A stretch of 64,000 bases of DNA from a virus: the IMG/VR virus record IMGVR_UViG_3300017917_001434, positions 25,593-89,592 of that record; one strand, written 5' to 3'. Below the pieces are notes generated by a model that saw nothing but the letters and a program-made list of their open reading frames with translations, was not told the origin of the DNA and ran no database searches. Made by a program: the position numbers and the translations under genes. Of this stretch, positions 40,252-49,514 are shown in pieces (position 1 is the stretch's first letter; each line of letters starts with the position of its first letter).

Positions 40252-41076
40252 ATGGCAAATGCGTACGAAACATTGGGTGTGCCTAAAGGGGCATCTGAAG
40301 ATGAAATTAAAAAGGCTTACCGCAGACTAGCGGCCAAGCACCATCCTGATCGTGGAGGAGATACCGCTAAGTTTCAGGAAATACAATCAGCTTACGAAAC
40401 CTTAACTGACCCAGTTAAGCGTCAACAGCATGATAATCCAGGATTTAGTCATTTTGATCAAGGACCGGGTGGATTCCAATTCCATTTTGGGTCAGGCATG
40501 GATCCAAACGATATATTTGCACAATTTTTTCAACAGGCTGGATTTGGACATCCACATAGACAACAGCGTAGAAATAAAGATCTAAGAATCAACATAGCTG
40601 TGGATTTAGCCAGTACTTTAGAAGATCAAGTAAAAACTATCAGTGTTCAGACTACCAAACAGGAAAAGTTTAACATTGATGTTAAAATACCGCGTGGTGT
40701 AAACAACGGTACAACTATTAAGTATTCCGGACAAGGAGATAACTTCTTTGAGAGTTTACCTCGTGGGGATTTGTATGTTATTATTAATGTAATGCCAGAT
40801 CGTAGATTTGATGTCAATGGAATACATCTAGTACACAATCTTGAAATAACTGCTATTGAAGCAATGATAGGCATAGAAAAAGAAGTTGAAGGGCTTGATA
40901 ATACAAAGTATCTTGTTAAAATTCCTCGAGGTTGCCAGTATGGTGCCAAATTTGGCCTACAAGGCAAAGGATTATATCAGATGAATACTAATTATCGCGG
41001 CGATCTAATAGTAAATGTTGTTGTAAAAGTTCCAACATTAACTGATGATCAAATAAAAGTACTTAAAACTCTATAA
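40252..41076 (+). CDS. DnaJ-class (class B/CbpA-like) co-chaperone
   Basis: J-domain with HPD, G/F-rich linker, C-terminal domain, no zinc finger. Confidence 0.9.
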   Translation: MANAYETLGVPKGASEDEIKKAYRRLAAKHHPDRGGDTAKFQEIQSAYETLTDPVKRQQHDNPGFSHFDQGPGGFQFHFGSGMDPNDIFAQFFQQAGFGHPHRQQRRNKDLRINIAVDLASTLEDQVKTISVQTTKQEKFNIDVKIPRGVNNGTTIKYSGQGDNFFESLPRGDLYVIINVMPDRRFDVNGIHLVHNLEITAIEAMIGIEKEVEGLDNTKYLVKIPRGCQYGAKFGLQGKGLYQMNTNYRGDLIVNVVVKVPTLTDDQIKVLKTL

Positions 41077-41109
41077 TCCATTCTATAAATATTTTTAAAG
41101 GAAAGCATA

Positions 41110-43416
41110 GTGTCATTAAAATCTAATCCTGCAATCGAAGAAATTATCAAGGCGGCGGCTATCTTAGCCACAGAGTATCGTCACCGTTACGTGACCTTGG
41201 AACATCTGTTGATTGCACTGATCGAGTATCCAGAGTTTAAAAAACTTTTAGACGACTACGGTGCTGAGACTGAAAATCTTTTAAAAGATTTATACGAGTA
41301 CACTAGCAAACAAGATCACATTGTAGATTTAACCGAGGAAGAAATTGTGCCACAGAGAACACACAGTCTAGAACGTGTGTTTAACCGAGCATTTACTCAG
41401 GTGTTGTTTACAGCACGTGAAATGATTGAGCCAATTGATTTATACATCAGTATTACCAACGAACAGAACAGTCATGCTGCTTACTTCCTAATCAAGTGGG
41501 GTATTAACCGTAAACAGTTAGTACAATTCTACTCTGAGGAGCACGGCGGAAATGCTAGAACTGTTAACAACACTAAAGATCCAAAGGCAAAACTTGACTA
41601 CGTTAAAAAAGTTTTAAATGAATACTGCACTAACTTAAACAAACAAGTTGAAGATGGAAAAATTGATCCTGTAATTGGCCGTGAATATGAACTAGAAGAA
41701 ATTGCTCAGGTTTTAGCACGTCGTCACAAATCAAACGTACTAATGATTGGTGACCCCGGTGTAGGCAAGACTGCCATTGCCGAAGGATTGGCCTATAAGA
41801 TTGTTAACGGCGAAGTACCTACTTACCTAAAAGAATATATAGTGTACAATCTTGAAATTGGTAGCCTGTTAGCAGGCAGTAAGTACCGAGGTGAATTTGA
41901 AGAGAAACTTAAAGAAGTATTGTTTGCTCTAAGCGAAAAAGGCAAAACAATCCTGTTCATTGATGAAGCACATCAAATGCAGGGCGCAGGCAGTGGATCA
42001 AGTAGTAGTGTAGACTTTGCTAACATGATCAAACCAGCACTGGCTAAAGGTGGTATTAAAGTTATTGCTAGTACTACCTACGAAGAATACACACAGTCAT
42101 TTGAAAAAGATCGTGCTTTAATGCGTAGATTCTATAAGTTATCCATTGACGAACCAAGTCCTGTTGTAGCTAAAGATATTCTACGTGGCTTGAAAGAACA
42201 TTTTGAAAAGTTCCACAATGGTGTTATTACTAACGAAGCTATTGATGCCGCTGTAGACCTAAGTGTACGCTATCAAACAGACAAACGTCTACCAGACAAG
42301 GCCATTGACTTAATTGACATGAGCTGTGCTAGATTAAAGATACACAATGATTCCTGGGTAGTTGATCGTGATCAAATTGTTGAGACCTTAAGTAAGGCTA
42401 CTAAGATTCCAATGGAAAATCTTAACAACAAAGAAACTGCTACAACACTTAACAATCTTGACAGTCTAATTAAAGACAGACTCTATGGTCAGGATACCGC
42501 AGTTGATCAAGTATTAGAAAAAATCTATGTGGCCAAAGCTGGATTAAAAGCACACAATAAACCCGTGGGCAACTTCCTATTCTTAGGTCCCACTGGTACA
42601 GGTAAAACTGAACTATGTAAACTGTTAAGCGAAAACCTTAGCATGAAGTTGTTGCGCTTTGATATGAGCGAATATCAAGAGAAACACAGCATGGCTAAAC
42701 TTATTGGTGCTCCTCCGGGCTACGTAGGTTACGAAGATGGTAACCTAGGCGGCGGCTTGTTAATCAGCGAAGTTGAGCGTAATCCACACAGTATTATCTT
42801 GTTAGATGAAATTGAAAAGGCGCACCCAGACATCAGTAACTTACTGTTACAGATCATGGACGAGGGCACTATCACTGGCAGTAATGGTAAGAAAGCAGAT
42901 TGCCGCCACGCTATTCTAATCTTAACCAGCAACTTGGGTGCTGCAGATAACGAGCGCAACAACATTGGTTTTGGTCGAGACTTGCTTAAAGACGGTCAAG
43001 ACGACAGTGCTGTTAAGAAATTCTTTAAACCAGAATTCCGCAATCGTTTAGATGCTGTGATTAAATTCAACAAACTTGATAAACTGTCAATGAAGAAAAT
43101 TGTTGTTAAGTTTGTCAATGAACTAAATGACCTATTGGGCGAAAAGCATATTAAAGTATATGCCACCGAAGCACTAGTTGATCATTTAGTAGAAGTTGGA
43201 TTTGACCCTGCAATGGGCGCACGTCCACTGGCACGTAAGATAAACGAGATGATTAAAGTACCGTTAAGTAAGAAGATTTTGTTTGAAAATATTCGTGAAG
43301 GCAGCACAGTAACAGTAGGCTATACTAACGAAACTGTTGACTTTACCGTCACTGAACCTAGATTAGAATTATTGGAAAACAAAACTGTTGACGAAAACGG
43401 CTACATCATAGCATAA
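41110..43416 (+). CDS. clpA: ClpA-like AAA+ unfoldase
   Basis: Two Walker A motifs (GDPGVGKT, GPTGTGKT), GAPPGYVG, IGF ClpP-docking loop, no ClpB middle domain; TATAAATA at 41084. Confidence 0.9.
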   Translation: MSLKSNPAIEEIIKAAAILATEYRHRYVTLEHLLIALIEYPEFKKLLDDYGAETENLLKDLYEYTSKQDHIVDLTEEEIVPQRTHSLERVFNRAFTQVLFTAREMIEPIDLYISITNEQNSHAAYFLIKWGINRKQLVQFYSEEHGGNARTVNNTKDPKAKLDYVKKVLNEYCTNLNKQVEDGKIDPVIGREYELEEIAQVLARRHKSNVLMIGDPGVGKTAIAEGLAYKIVNGEVPTYLKEYIVYNLEIGSLLAGSKYRGEFEEKLKEVLFALSEKGKTILFIDEAHQMQGAGSGSSSSVDFANMIKPALAKGGIKVIASTTYEEYTQSFEKDRALMRRFYKLSIDEPSPVVAKDILRGLKEHFEKFHNGVITNEAIDAAVDLSVRYQTDKRLPDKAIDLIDMSCARLKIHNDSWVVDRDQIVETLSKATKIPMENLNNKETATTLNNLDSLIKDRLYGQDTAVDQVLEKIYVAKAGLKAHNKPVGNFLFLGPTGTGKTELCKLLSENLSMKLLRFDMSEYQEKHSMAKLIGAPPGYVGYEDGNLGGGLLISEVERNPHSIILLDEIEKAHPDISNLLLQIMDEGTITGSNGKKADCRHAILILTSNLGAADNERNNIGFGRDLLKDGQDDSAVKKFFKPEFRNRLDAVIKFNKLDKLSMKKIVVKFVNELNDLLGEKHIKVYATEALVDHLVEVGFDPAMGARPLARKINEMIKVPLSKKILFENIREGSTVTVGYTNETVDFTVTEPRLELLENKTVDENGYIIA

Positions 43417-43434
43417 TAATTTTATAGCCAATCA

Positions 43435-43472
43435 GGGCTCCGGTAAATAATAGTAGTATATTTTAGGAGCCC
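43435..43472 (+). promoter_or_regulatory. late promoter inside an RBS-occluding hairpin
   Basis: GGGCTCC (43435-41) pairs with GGAGCCC (43466-72, the SD); TAAATA at 43444-49 lies between the arms. Confidence 0.7.
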
Positions 43473-43475
43473 GAA

Positions 43476-43640
43476 ATGGCAAAGTTACAAGAAGAAGTTT
43501 TAGTAGTTAAGGTTAGTAAGTTACTTAAAGACTCCGACGCTGAAAGTGCGATCCTAACCGCAGATACAGTAGCAAGTTTAGAAGCAGTAGTACAGGAATT
43601 AGCAGGTGCTAATACTCTTGTAGAAATTCAAGTAGCATAA
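43476..43640 (+). CDS. 54-aa hypothetical protein (MAKLQEEVLVVKVSKLLKD...), not in the ORF track
   Basis: AGGAG SD, late promoter, fills the gap. Confidence 0.75.
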   Translation: MAKLQEEVLVVKVSKLLKDSDAESAILTADTVASLEAVVQELAGANTLVEIQVA

Positions 43641-43665
43641 TTTATTCAATAAAGAGAGATTTTCA

Positions 43666-44451
43666 ATGGCAAAGCGTATCAAACCCAATTCAACCCCCAT
43701 GGTGACAGCGGCACCGCAACCTCAGCAGTATGACTTTAGTAAAGTACATATTCACTTTGGTATCCCTTGCTACGGTGGGCAAATTACAGAACCTTGTTTT
43801 ACAAGTTTCTTACGTTTTATCTTACTAGCAAGTCGTGTGGGACTACAATGGTCACTAGACACCATGGTTAATGAAAGTTTGGTTACACGAGCACGTAATA
43901 ACCTAATGGCCAAGATGATGACCAACGACAAGGCCACACACTTTATGTTTATTGACGCTGACATTCGTTTCCAGCCAGAAAGTATTTTGATGATGCTGGC
44001 CACAGACAAGGATGTTATTGGCGGCTTGTATCCTAAGAAAGCCTTGCCAATTAGCTATGTAATTAACGTACAACCTGGCACACAGATTATCAATGATTTG
44101 TTTAAAGTCGACACAATGGGCACAGGTTTTATGATGTTTAAACGTCATGTCTACGAAAAACTAATTGCCGCTCATCCTGAGTGCAAGTATGTTGACGATG
44201 TAGGACTAGGCAAACAATACGAGCCAATGATGTACAGTATTTTTGATACTGCCATCGACGAAAAAGGTCACTATCTAAGTGAAGATTGGTTGTTCTGTCG
44301 TCGTTGGGCCGCTATAGGTGGCGAAATCTATGCTCATAGTAAAGTATTGTTGAACCATAGTGGTCATTATGAGTTTGCTGGCGATCTTGATGTGCTAATT
44401 GGCAAGAAAAAAGCAGAGCACCCAAACGAACACGATCCTAACAAGAAGTAA
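43666..44451 (+). CDS. GT-A fold glycosyltransferase-like protein
   Basis: ESLVTRARN, FIDAD (DxD), GTGFMM, LSEDWLFC. Confidence 0.8.
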   Translation: MAKRIKPNSTPMVTAAPQPQQYDFSKVHIHFGIPCYGGQITEPCFTSFLRFILLASRVGLQWSLDTMVNESLVTRARNNLMAKMMTNDKATHFMFIDADIRFQPESILMMLATDKDVIGGLYPKKALPISYVINVQPGTQIINDLFKVDTMGTGFMMFKRHVYEKLIAAHPECKYVDDVGLGKQYEPMMYSIFDTAIDEKGHYLSEDWLFCRRWAAIGGEIYAHSKVLLNHSGHYEFAGDLDVLIGKKKAEHPNEHDPNKK

Positions 44452-44453
44452 TT

Positions 44454-44912
44454 ATGGCAGAGAATCTCACTTTTAAAGTTACACTAAGTGGTACCTTTTG
44501 GGAAAAAAGACCACAGTTTAGTATTTGGTTAGATGAACATGTGGCTGTACAAAGTGAGATTCCTGATCAACAACCTCACGTATTTCAATTCTCGCACGAG
44601 TTAGACGAAGGTACGCACTCACTGAAAATTAGATTAGAAAACAAAGAGCCCAGTGACGTCGTCAAAGACAACCCAGACAGCGAAAACTACACTATAGTCA
44701 AAGATATGTTGTTAAACATTGAAGACATTGAAATTGATAACGTGTCTCTTGGTCGTTTAATCTGGAACACAGAGTTTATCTTAGACGAGCCTGTTGAGTA
44801 TCAAGGTCAAACTATAACAAAATTAAAAGAGTGTGTAAACCTTGGCAACAACGGCACCTACATTCTAGAGTTTTCTAGCCCCTTCTACATTTGGCTTCTT
44901 GAAAATTTATAA
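44454..44912 (+). CDS. hypothetical protein
   Basis: 152-aa ORF within the operon. Confidence 0.7.
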   Translation: MAENLTFKVTLSGTFWEKRPQFSIWLDEHVAVQSEIPDQQPHVFQFSHELDEGTHSLKIRLENKEPSDVVKDNPDSENYTIVKDMLLNIEDIEIDNVSLGRLIWNTEFILDEPVEYQGQTITKLKECVNLGNNGTYILEFSSPFYIWLLENL

Positions 44913-44942
44913 CTAAATATAGTAAGAGAGTTAAATTTTACT

Positions 44943-45890
44943 ATGTTTTTAAGAGATCTTTTTGAAGCTGATACTGCCAAACACGCTGCATTTTGCTTTG
45001 GTCGTATGAATCCCCCAACTATTGGGCATCAACAGTTAATCAATACTGTAGCTCGAGCAGCTCACGGTGGCGATTTCTTTATTTTCACTAGTCAAAGTCA
45101 AGACCCTAAGAAAAATCCGTTAGACTATCAAACTAAAGTTAAATTTTTACGTGCTTTATATCCAGACTTGGCCAGTCACTTTGTCTACGAGCCTAGTTTA
45201 AAAACTGTGATCCAAGTAGCGCATTGGTTATATTCCAAAGGATACCGTAGTGTAACTTTTGTGGCCGGTAGTGATCGTCTAGCTGACTTTAAAGAATTGT
45301 TAACAAAATACAATGGCGTAGAAGGTCCCAACGGCATGTACAAATTTGATCGTATCAACTTTGTCAGCAGTGGTGAACGCGACCCCGATGCCGAAGGTGT
45401 AACTGGTGTAAGTGCTAGTGCCGCTCGTGCCGCTGCCCAAGCAGGAGATTTCAAAGCATTTGCTCAGGCCACCGGTGCAGGTAAACTAGCACAACCTTTA
45501 TATGATGCTGTACGTCAAGGCATGTTATTAGAAAACGTAACAGGCAAATTACCACCAGGCGAAACTATGAATATTGATGGCGCCAATTTAGTGAGATTGC
45601 GTAAATTACCTCAATATAAACAGGGATATGATGCTCAAATGAGAATGTCCACCGGTACTCCTAACAATTCATACGAATTAGGATCAGATCAATATAATGC
45701 GTTTTATATTGGTACAGGCGATGCTTTTGCTAAAAAAAACAGTTTTATTAATGATGTCGCAGAAGATGCCAGTGGGTATATTCCTAAAAATAAACGAGAA
45801 GCAAAAGACCCACGCTGGAGTATGGCACTGAGTGTAGATGTAACTCCAGAAACACCAACTAAAAACGCACGTGCTTTCAGATTGATCTAA
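44943..45890 (+). CDS. cytidyltransferase-like (HxGH) protein with CTS-like leader
   Basis: FGRMNPPTIGH, VAGSDR, SAS motifs; MFLRDLFE leader; TAAATA at 44914. Confidence 0.85.
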   Translation: MFLRDLFEADTAKHAAFCFGRMNPPTIGHQQLINTVARAAHGGDFFIFTSQSQDPKKNPLDYQTKVKFLRALYPDLASHFVYEPSLKTVIQVAHWLYSKGYRSVTFVAGSDRLADFKELLTKYNGVEGPNGMYKFDRINFVSSGERDPDAEGVTGVSASAARAAAQAGDFKAFAQATGAGKLAQPLYDAVRQGMLLENVTGKLPPGETMNIDGANLVRLRKLPQYKQGYDAQMRMSTGTPNNSYELGSDQYNAFYIGTGDAFAKKNSFINDVAEDASGYIPKNKREAKDPRWSMALSVDVTPETPTKNARAFRLI

Positions 45891-46229
45891 ATGATATATT
45901 ATCTAACCTTAGATGTTCGTTGTTATAGACCAAATTGGGTATTTGAAGAACATAATAAAATAAAGTATTCTACACCAGGTTACAGAATCTATGTAGACAA
46001 AGATTTATTAGTAGAGCGTAGCTGGGTATGGGAAGGTAATAATTATATTACAGAAAATGTCTTTGTTGAATTACCCGAAGGTGAATCAGGACACAGCCTT
46101 AGATTAGAGCCAGCGTTAGCCAATCCGGCTCAGGCCAAATTTAGTATATCTAATCCAACAATTAATGGACACTCGATGCCATTGGTCTGGCGCGATGACT
46201 TCTTCTTAGACTTAGGTTTCAATACCTAG
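45891..46229 (+). CDS. hypothetical protein
   Basis: Abuts the upstream gene. Confidence 0.6.
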   Translation: MIYYLTLDVRCYRPNWVFEEHNKIKYSTPGYRIYVDKDLLVERSWVWEGNNYITENVFVELPEGESGHSLRLEPALANPAQAKFSISNPTINGHSMPLVWRDDFFLDLGFNT

Positions 46230-46244
46230 CGATAAATATAGTAT

Positions 46245-46406
46245 ATGAGAATAAATGAAATTTTAACAAAACCCCTTAAAGAAAATGCCAGTGCAGGTGC
46301 TACAGGTGCCGGAGCAGTGGCTACAAGCATGGGTGGCGGTGCTGGATTTGGTCTAAGTCCTTTTATGCGTCAGCCTGCTAAAAGAAAAGCTAAAAAGAGA
46401 AAATAA
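46245..46406 (+). CDS. 53-aa protein MRINEILTKPLKE...KRKAKKRK, not in the ORF track
   Basis: TAAATA 6 nt upstream; CTS-like leader, G/A-rich core, basic tail. Confidence 0.75.
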   Translation: MRINEILTKPLKENASAGATGAGAVATSMGGGAGFGLSPFMRQPAKRKAKKRK

Positions 46407-46408
46407 AG

Positions 46409-48136
46409 ATGGATATACGAGCACTCTTAGAAAAGATGTACAAGTTTGCCGGTAGCACGGACCAAAAACAAGGTCCTGCTGGACAATTACGTGGCAGCAA
46501 CAAAATGCCTAAGAAGGGTGGCAAACATCCAGCATATCATAAACTTGTGGGCGACAGTGTTGAACCAGAAGGCAATATGCTAGAAGACCTAGCACAAGAG
46601 GCACAGGATAAATCAATTGAATGGAAACTAGCTGAAGCCTGGGCTGAATTCAAAGAAGAAGCATTTAAAGATACAGCAGACAAACGTCCAGCACGTGCAG
46701 GAAGTCGTCCCGATCGTGAATATACATCAGATGATAAGCCAAGCAAACGTTACAAAAAAGTAGGCGAGGGCGAGTGTATTGACAAAGAAAAAATTACTAA
46801 GTTCCACTCTAAATTAGATGATCTGGTACACAGTACATTTGGTAAACGCCCTGGTGAAATGCAGGAATCTGCCGCAGAACTAAATGTGGGAGATGATGTC
46901 ATTATCACCGGTCCAGTAGAACACCAAGGCGAAACTGGTGTAATTGACAGCTTTGGCAAAGATAAAAGTTTTGTAGTTGTAAACTTATACAACCACGGTA
47001 AACAAAGTTTTAACAGCAGTGATGTGAGCTACAATGACTATGCTGACAGCGATGCTGAAGAAGCAGAAATGTATGATCGTGACCCAGACTTCCGCAAGTG
47101 GGCAGACACACAGGTAGATGAAGGATTCTTTGGCGATCTTAAGAAGAGTATTAATACAGGTTATGCTACCGGCTTAAGAAAAGGTCTAAGAAGAACTATT
47201 AAGCCTGAATATCATGATGAATATGGCATCGATTCAGTTTTAACAAAAGATCAAGCTGTTGAAATATTAAAAGCTGCTAAGGCCAACGGTCATCTTATCC
47301 CTAAAACAGAAGGTTGGGAAAGTGGTCCTGAAGAACGTGATAGCTACGAACCAGATCCAGACTACGGCTACGATGAAAAACGTCAACGCGAACTTGATGC
47401 TAAAGCAGACGCAGAAAATGCTCGTCGTCCACAACAAAAAATTTACACATTACTTGGTCGTGGACCCAATATGGAACCTAACTACAAGTTCCCAGGTGAA
47501 TATACCAGCCAAGAAGACGCTATTGCTGCACGTGCTAAGTTAATGGCGGATCCTAGAACGCCTAATCCAAATATGATTGGCATTCATTCATATACAAAAT
47601 ATTTAGATGAAAGCCAAGGTGATCCACACAAAATTCTACTTAATAAATTAAGAGATATTGAGCGCGGTAACAATCCTACAGTACCTTCGGCAGACGACGA
47701 TGCTCGCCGTGCTGAACAGGGTAAAGAAGACTATCGCAAGTACGTAGAAAAAATGAAGAAGAAAGATCCTAACTTCGTTCCGCTGTATAAAATGGACGAG
47801 TATGGCGCTGCTGGAGGTGCTAGTGCGGCAAAAACTACCAGCACTTCAACTACTCCAACTGCTACTAGTAGCCCAGAAGAAAAACAAAAGGCAGCCAAAA
47901 TGGCACAGGCGGCCACTACAGTAAAATCTGCAATTGGTACAACTGCGCCCACAACTAGTGTAGTTAAAGCACTAGATACAGCTACACAGGGTAAAACTGT
48001 TGGTAGTCAAGATATGAAAATCTTAGAACCAATGATGAAAGATATGGCAACTGTAGCACAAGAGCCAAGATTAGCTAATCAATTTAAAACTTTAGTTAAT
48101 CAAATAAATCAAACACAACGTCAACAAAACAAATAA
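46409..48136 (+). CDS. charged mosaic protein, putative internal head protein
   Basis: MDIRALLE leader; segments bounded by (hydrophobic)-x-E sites. Confidence 0.7.
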   Translation: MDIRALLEKMYKFAGSTDQKQGPAGQLRGSNKMPKKGGKHPAYHKLVGDSVEPEGNMLEDLAQEAQDKSIEWKLAEAWAEFKEEAFKDTADKRPARAGSRPDREYTSDDKPSKRYKKVGEGECIDKEKITKFHSKLDDLVHSTFGKRPGEMQESAAELNVGDDVIITGPVEHQGETGVIDSFGKDKSFVVVNLYNHGKQSFNSSDVSYNDYADSDAEEAEMYDRDPDFRKWADTQVDEGFFGDLKKSINTGYATGLRKGLRRTIKPEYHDEYGIDSVLTKDQAVEILKAAKANGHLIPKTEGWESGPEERDSYEPDPDYGYDEKRQRELDAKADAENARRPQQKIYTLLGRGPNMEPNYKFPGEYTSQEDAIAARAKLMADPRTPNPNMIGIHSYTKYLDESQGDPHKILLNKLRDIERGNNPTVPSADDDARRAEQGKEDYRKYVEKMKKKDPNFVPLYKMDEYGAAGGASAAKTTSTSTTPTATSSPEEKQKAAKMAQAATTVKSAIGTTAPTTSVVKALDTATQGKTVGSQDMKILEPMMKDMATVAQEPRLANQFKTLVNQINQTQRQQNK

Positions 48137-48158
48137 AAAGGGCCGAAAGGCCCTTTTT
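48135..48158. terminator. bidirectional terminator
   Basis: AAAAAGGGCC-GAAA-GGCCCTTTTT. Confidence 0.85.
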
Positions 48159-48159
48159 G

Positions 48160-48603
48160 TTAATCATCAAACGCTTCGGGTTCAACTGCTTCTTGTTGTA
48201 GTTCTCGATCCAATCTTTTTAAGAACGATTTAACTGTAGTAAGTTTATTATACAATCTTGCTGATCTCTTTTTGTTTAGATACAAACAAAACTTGCCAGC
48301 ATCATCTTTTTTAACTTCTGCTAGTGTATCTCGCTTGTAGCCAATGTTGGCCACATACACCGGATCTACATCTAATAGATTATCAAACCCTAATAGAATA
48401 CTGTCTCCACGGTGTCCAATTTTAACTAATCTTAGATTAAATTTACCACTATTATTAACCTTGCGTAGGATAGTAGCAGCTAGTAATACATTGTTATCTG
48501 CAACTTGAATACTACCATCAGGATCAAACCAAAAATCTTCACCTTCGTAAGGGCCATTGATAGGATCGGCAATAATGTCGTTGAGCAATTCTACTTGGTT
48601 CAT
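48160..48603 (-). CDS. hypothetical early protein
   Basis: Start moved to MNQVELL behind AAGGTG. Confidence 0.7.
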   Translation of the reverse strand: MNQVELLNDIIADPINGPYEGEDFWFDPDGSIQVADNNVLLAATILRKVNNSGKFNLRLVKIGHRGDSILLGFDNLLDVDPVYVANIGYKRDTLAEVKKDDAGKFCLYLNKKRSARLYNKLTTVKSFLKRLDRELQQEAVEPEAFDD

Positions 48604-48633
48604 AATACACCTTGATCTGTTGATAATAGAGCA

Positions 48634-48662
48634 ATTATACAATATTTTCTAGCATTTGTCAA
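48634..48662 (-). promoter_or_regulatory. consensus sigma70 promoter
   Basis: TTGACA-N17-TATAAT on the minus strand. Confidence 0.85.
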
Positions 48663-48732
48663 CCAGAATTTTGATTAATGTTTAGTTTTAATATTGATAA
48701 ATATCATATAAAGCTATAAAACGGAATAGGGC

Positions 48733-49122
48733 ATGTTACTAACTGAGTTTTTCACTACCGCGGAGGGCGACTCGTATGCAAAGTCTACGTCAGCGTCGTC
48801 AATTGCAGAAGCTAAACGCAAAATATCAGCATCAGAAGATCCGTGCTGGAAAGGGTATCACATGGTGGGTACTAAGTCTAAAGATGGTCGTGAAGTCCCT
48901 AACTGCGTACCTGGTGCAAAAGGTTCAATGAACGAAAGTGAAGAAATGAGTCACATTATACAGGCTCGAGAGTTGGTAAAAAAGGCATTAAAAGACACAA
49001 ATAAACGTCACGAGTATTTTGATTATATCAAATACCTACGTGCCAAACATGGTGCTGACTACAGCACACAAATACATCAAGCCGCTACAACATTTGACAA
49101 GGAAACACATAATGGCCGTTAA
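48733..49122 (+). CDS. hypothetical protein with PCWKGY...VPNCVP motif and CTS-like leader
   Basis: MLLTEFF; TAAATA at 48698. Confidence 0.7.
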   Translation: MLLTEFFTTAEGDSYAKSTSASSIAEAKRKISASEDPCWKGYHMVGTKSKDGREVPNCVPGAKGSMNESEEMSHIIQARELVKKALKDTNKRHEYFDYIKYLRAKHGADYSTQIHQAATTFDKETHNGR

Positions 49123-49498
49123 AGAAACAGTAAAACACATAAGACCAGGTACCTATACATACACAATACCTGCTGGAGTTTCAACGGTTGAAATTCACAT
49201 ATGGGGTGCTGGTGGGGCTAATGGCGAAGGTGGTGTTGAAACCACAGTAGTAGTAGGGCAACAGGCCGCTGGTACAAGAATCGTAGGACAAACACAGACA
49301 GGTTCAGTTGAAGTCGGAACACGTGTGGTAACAGAAGCTGTCCCTGAAACAGTCATTCCGGCAGGCAGACAAACATTCTCTCAAGCAGGTACATTTACCG
49401 CAGTACTACCCTCAGGTGTTACCACTGCAACAGTGACAGCCACCGGTGGGTCAGGAGCTCCTGCTGTAGCAACTACTAGCAACGCAACTAGAAAATAA
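49112..49498 (+). CDS. N-terminal part of a glycine-rich fibre/adhesin protein
   Basis: TYTIPAGVSTVEIHIWGAGG; AAGGA SD; the domain appears to continue in the next ORF. Confidence 0.6.
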   Translation: MAVKETVKHIRPGTYTYTIPAGVSTVEIHIWGAGGANGEGGVETTVVVGQQAAGTRIVGQTQTGSVEVGTRVVTEAVPETVIPAGRQTFSQAGTFTAVLPSGVTTATVTATGGSGAPAVATTSNATRK

Positions 49499-49514
49499 TA
49501 GAAGGTTATAATTC

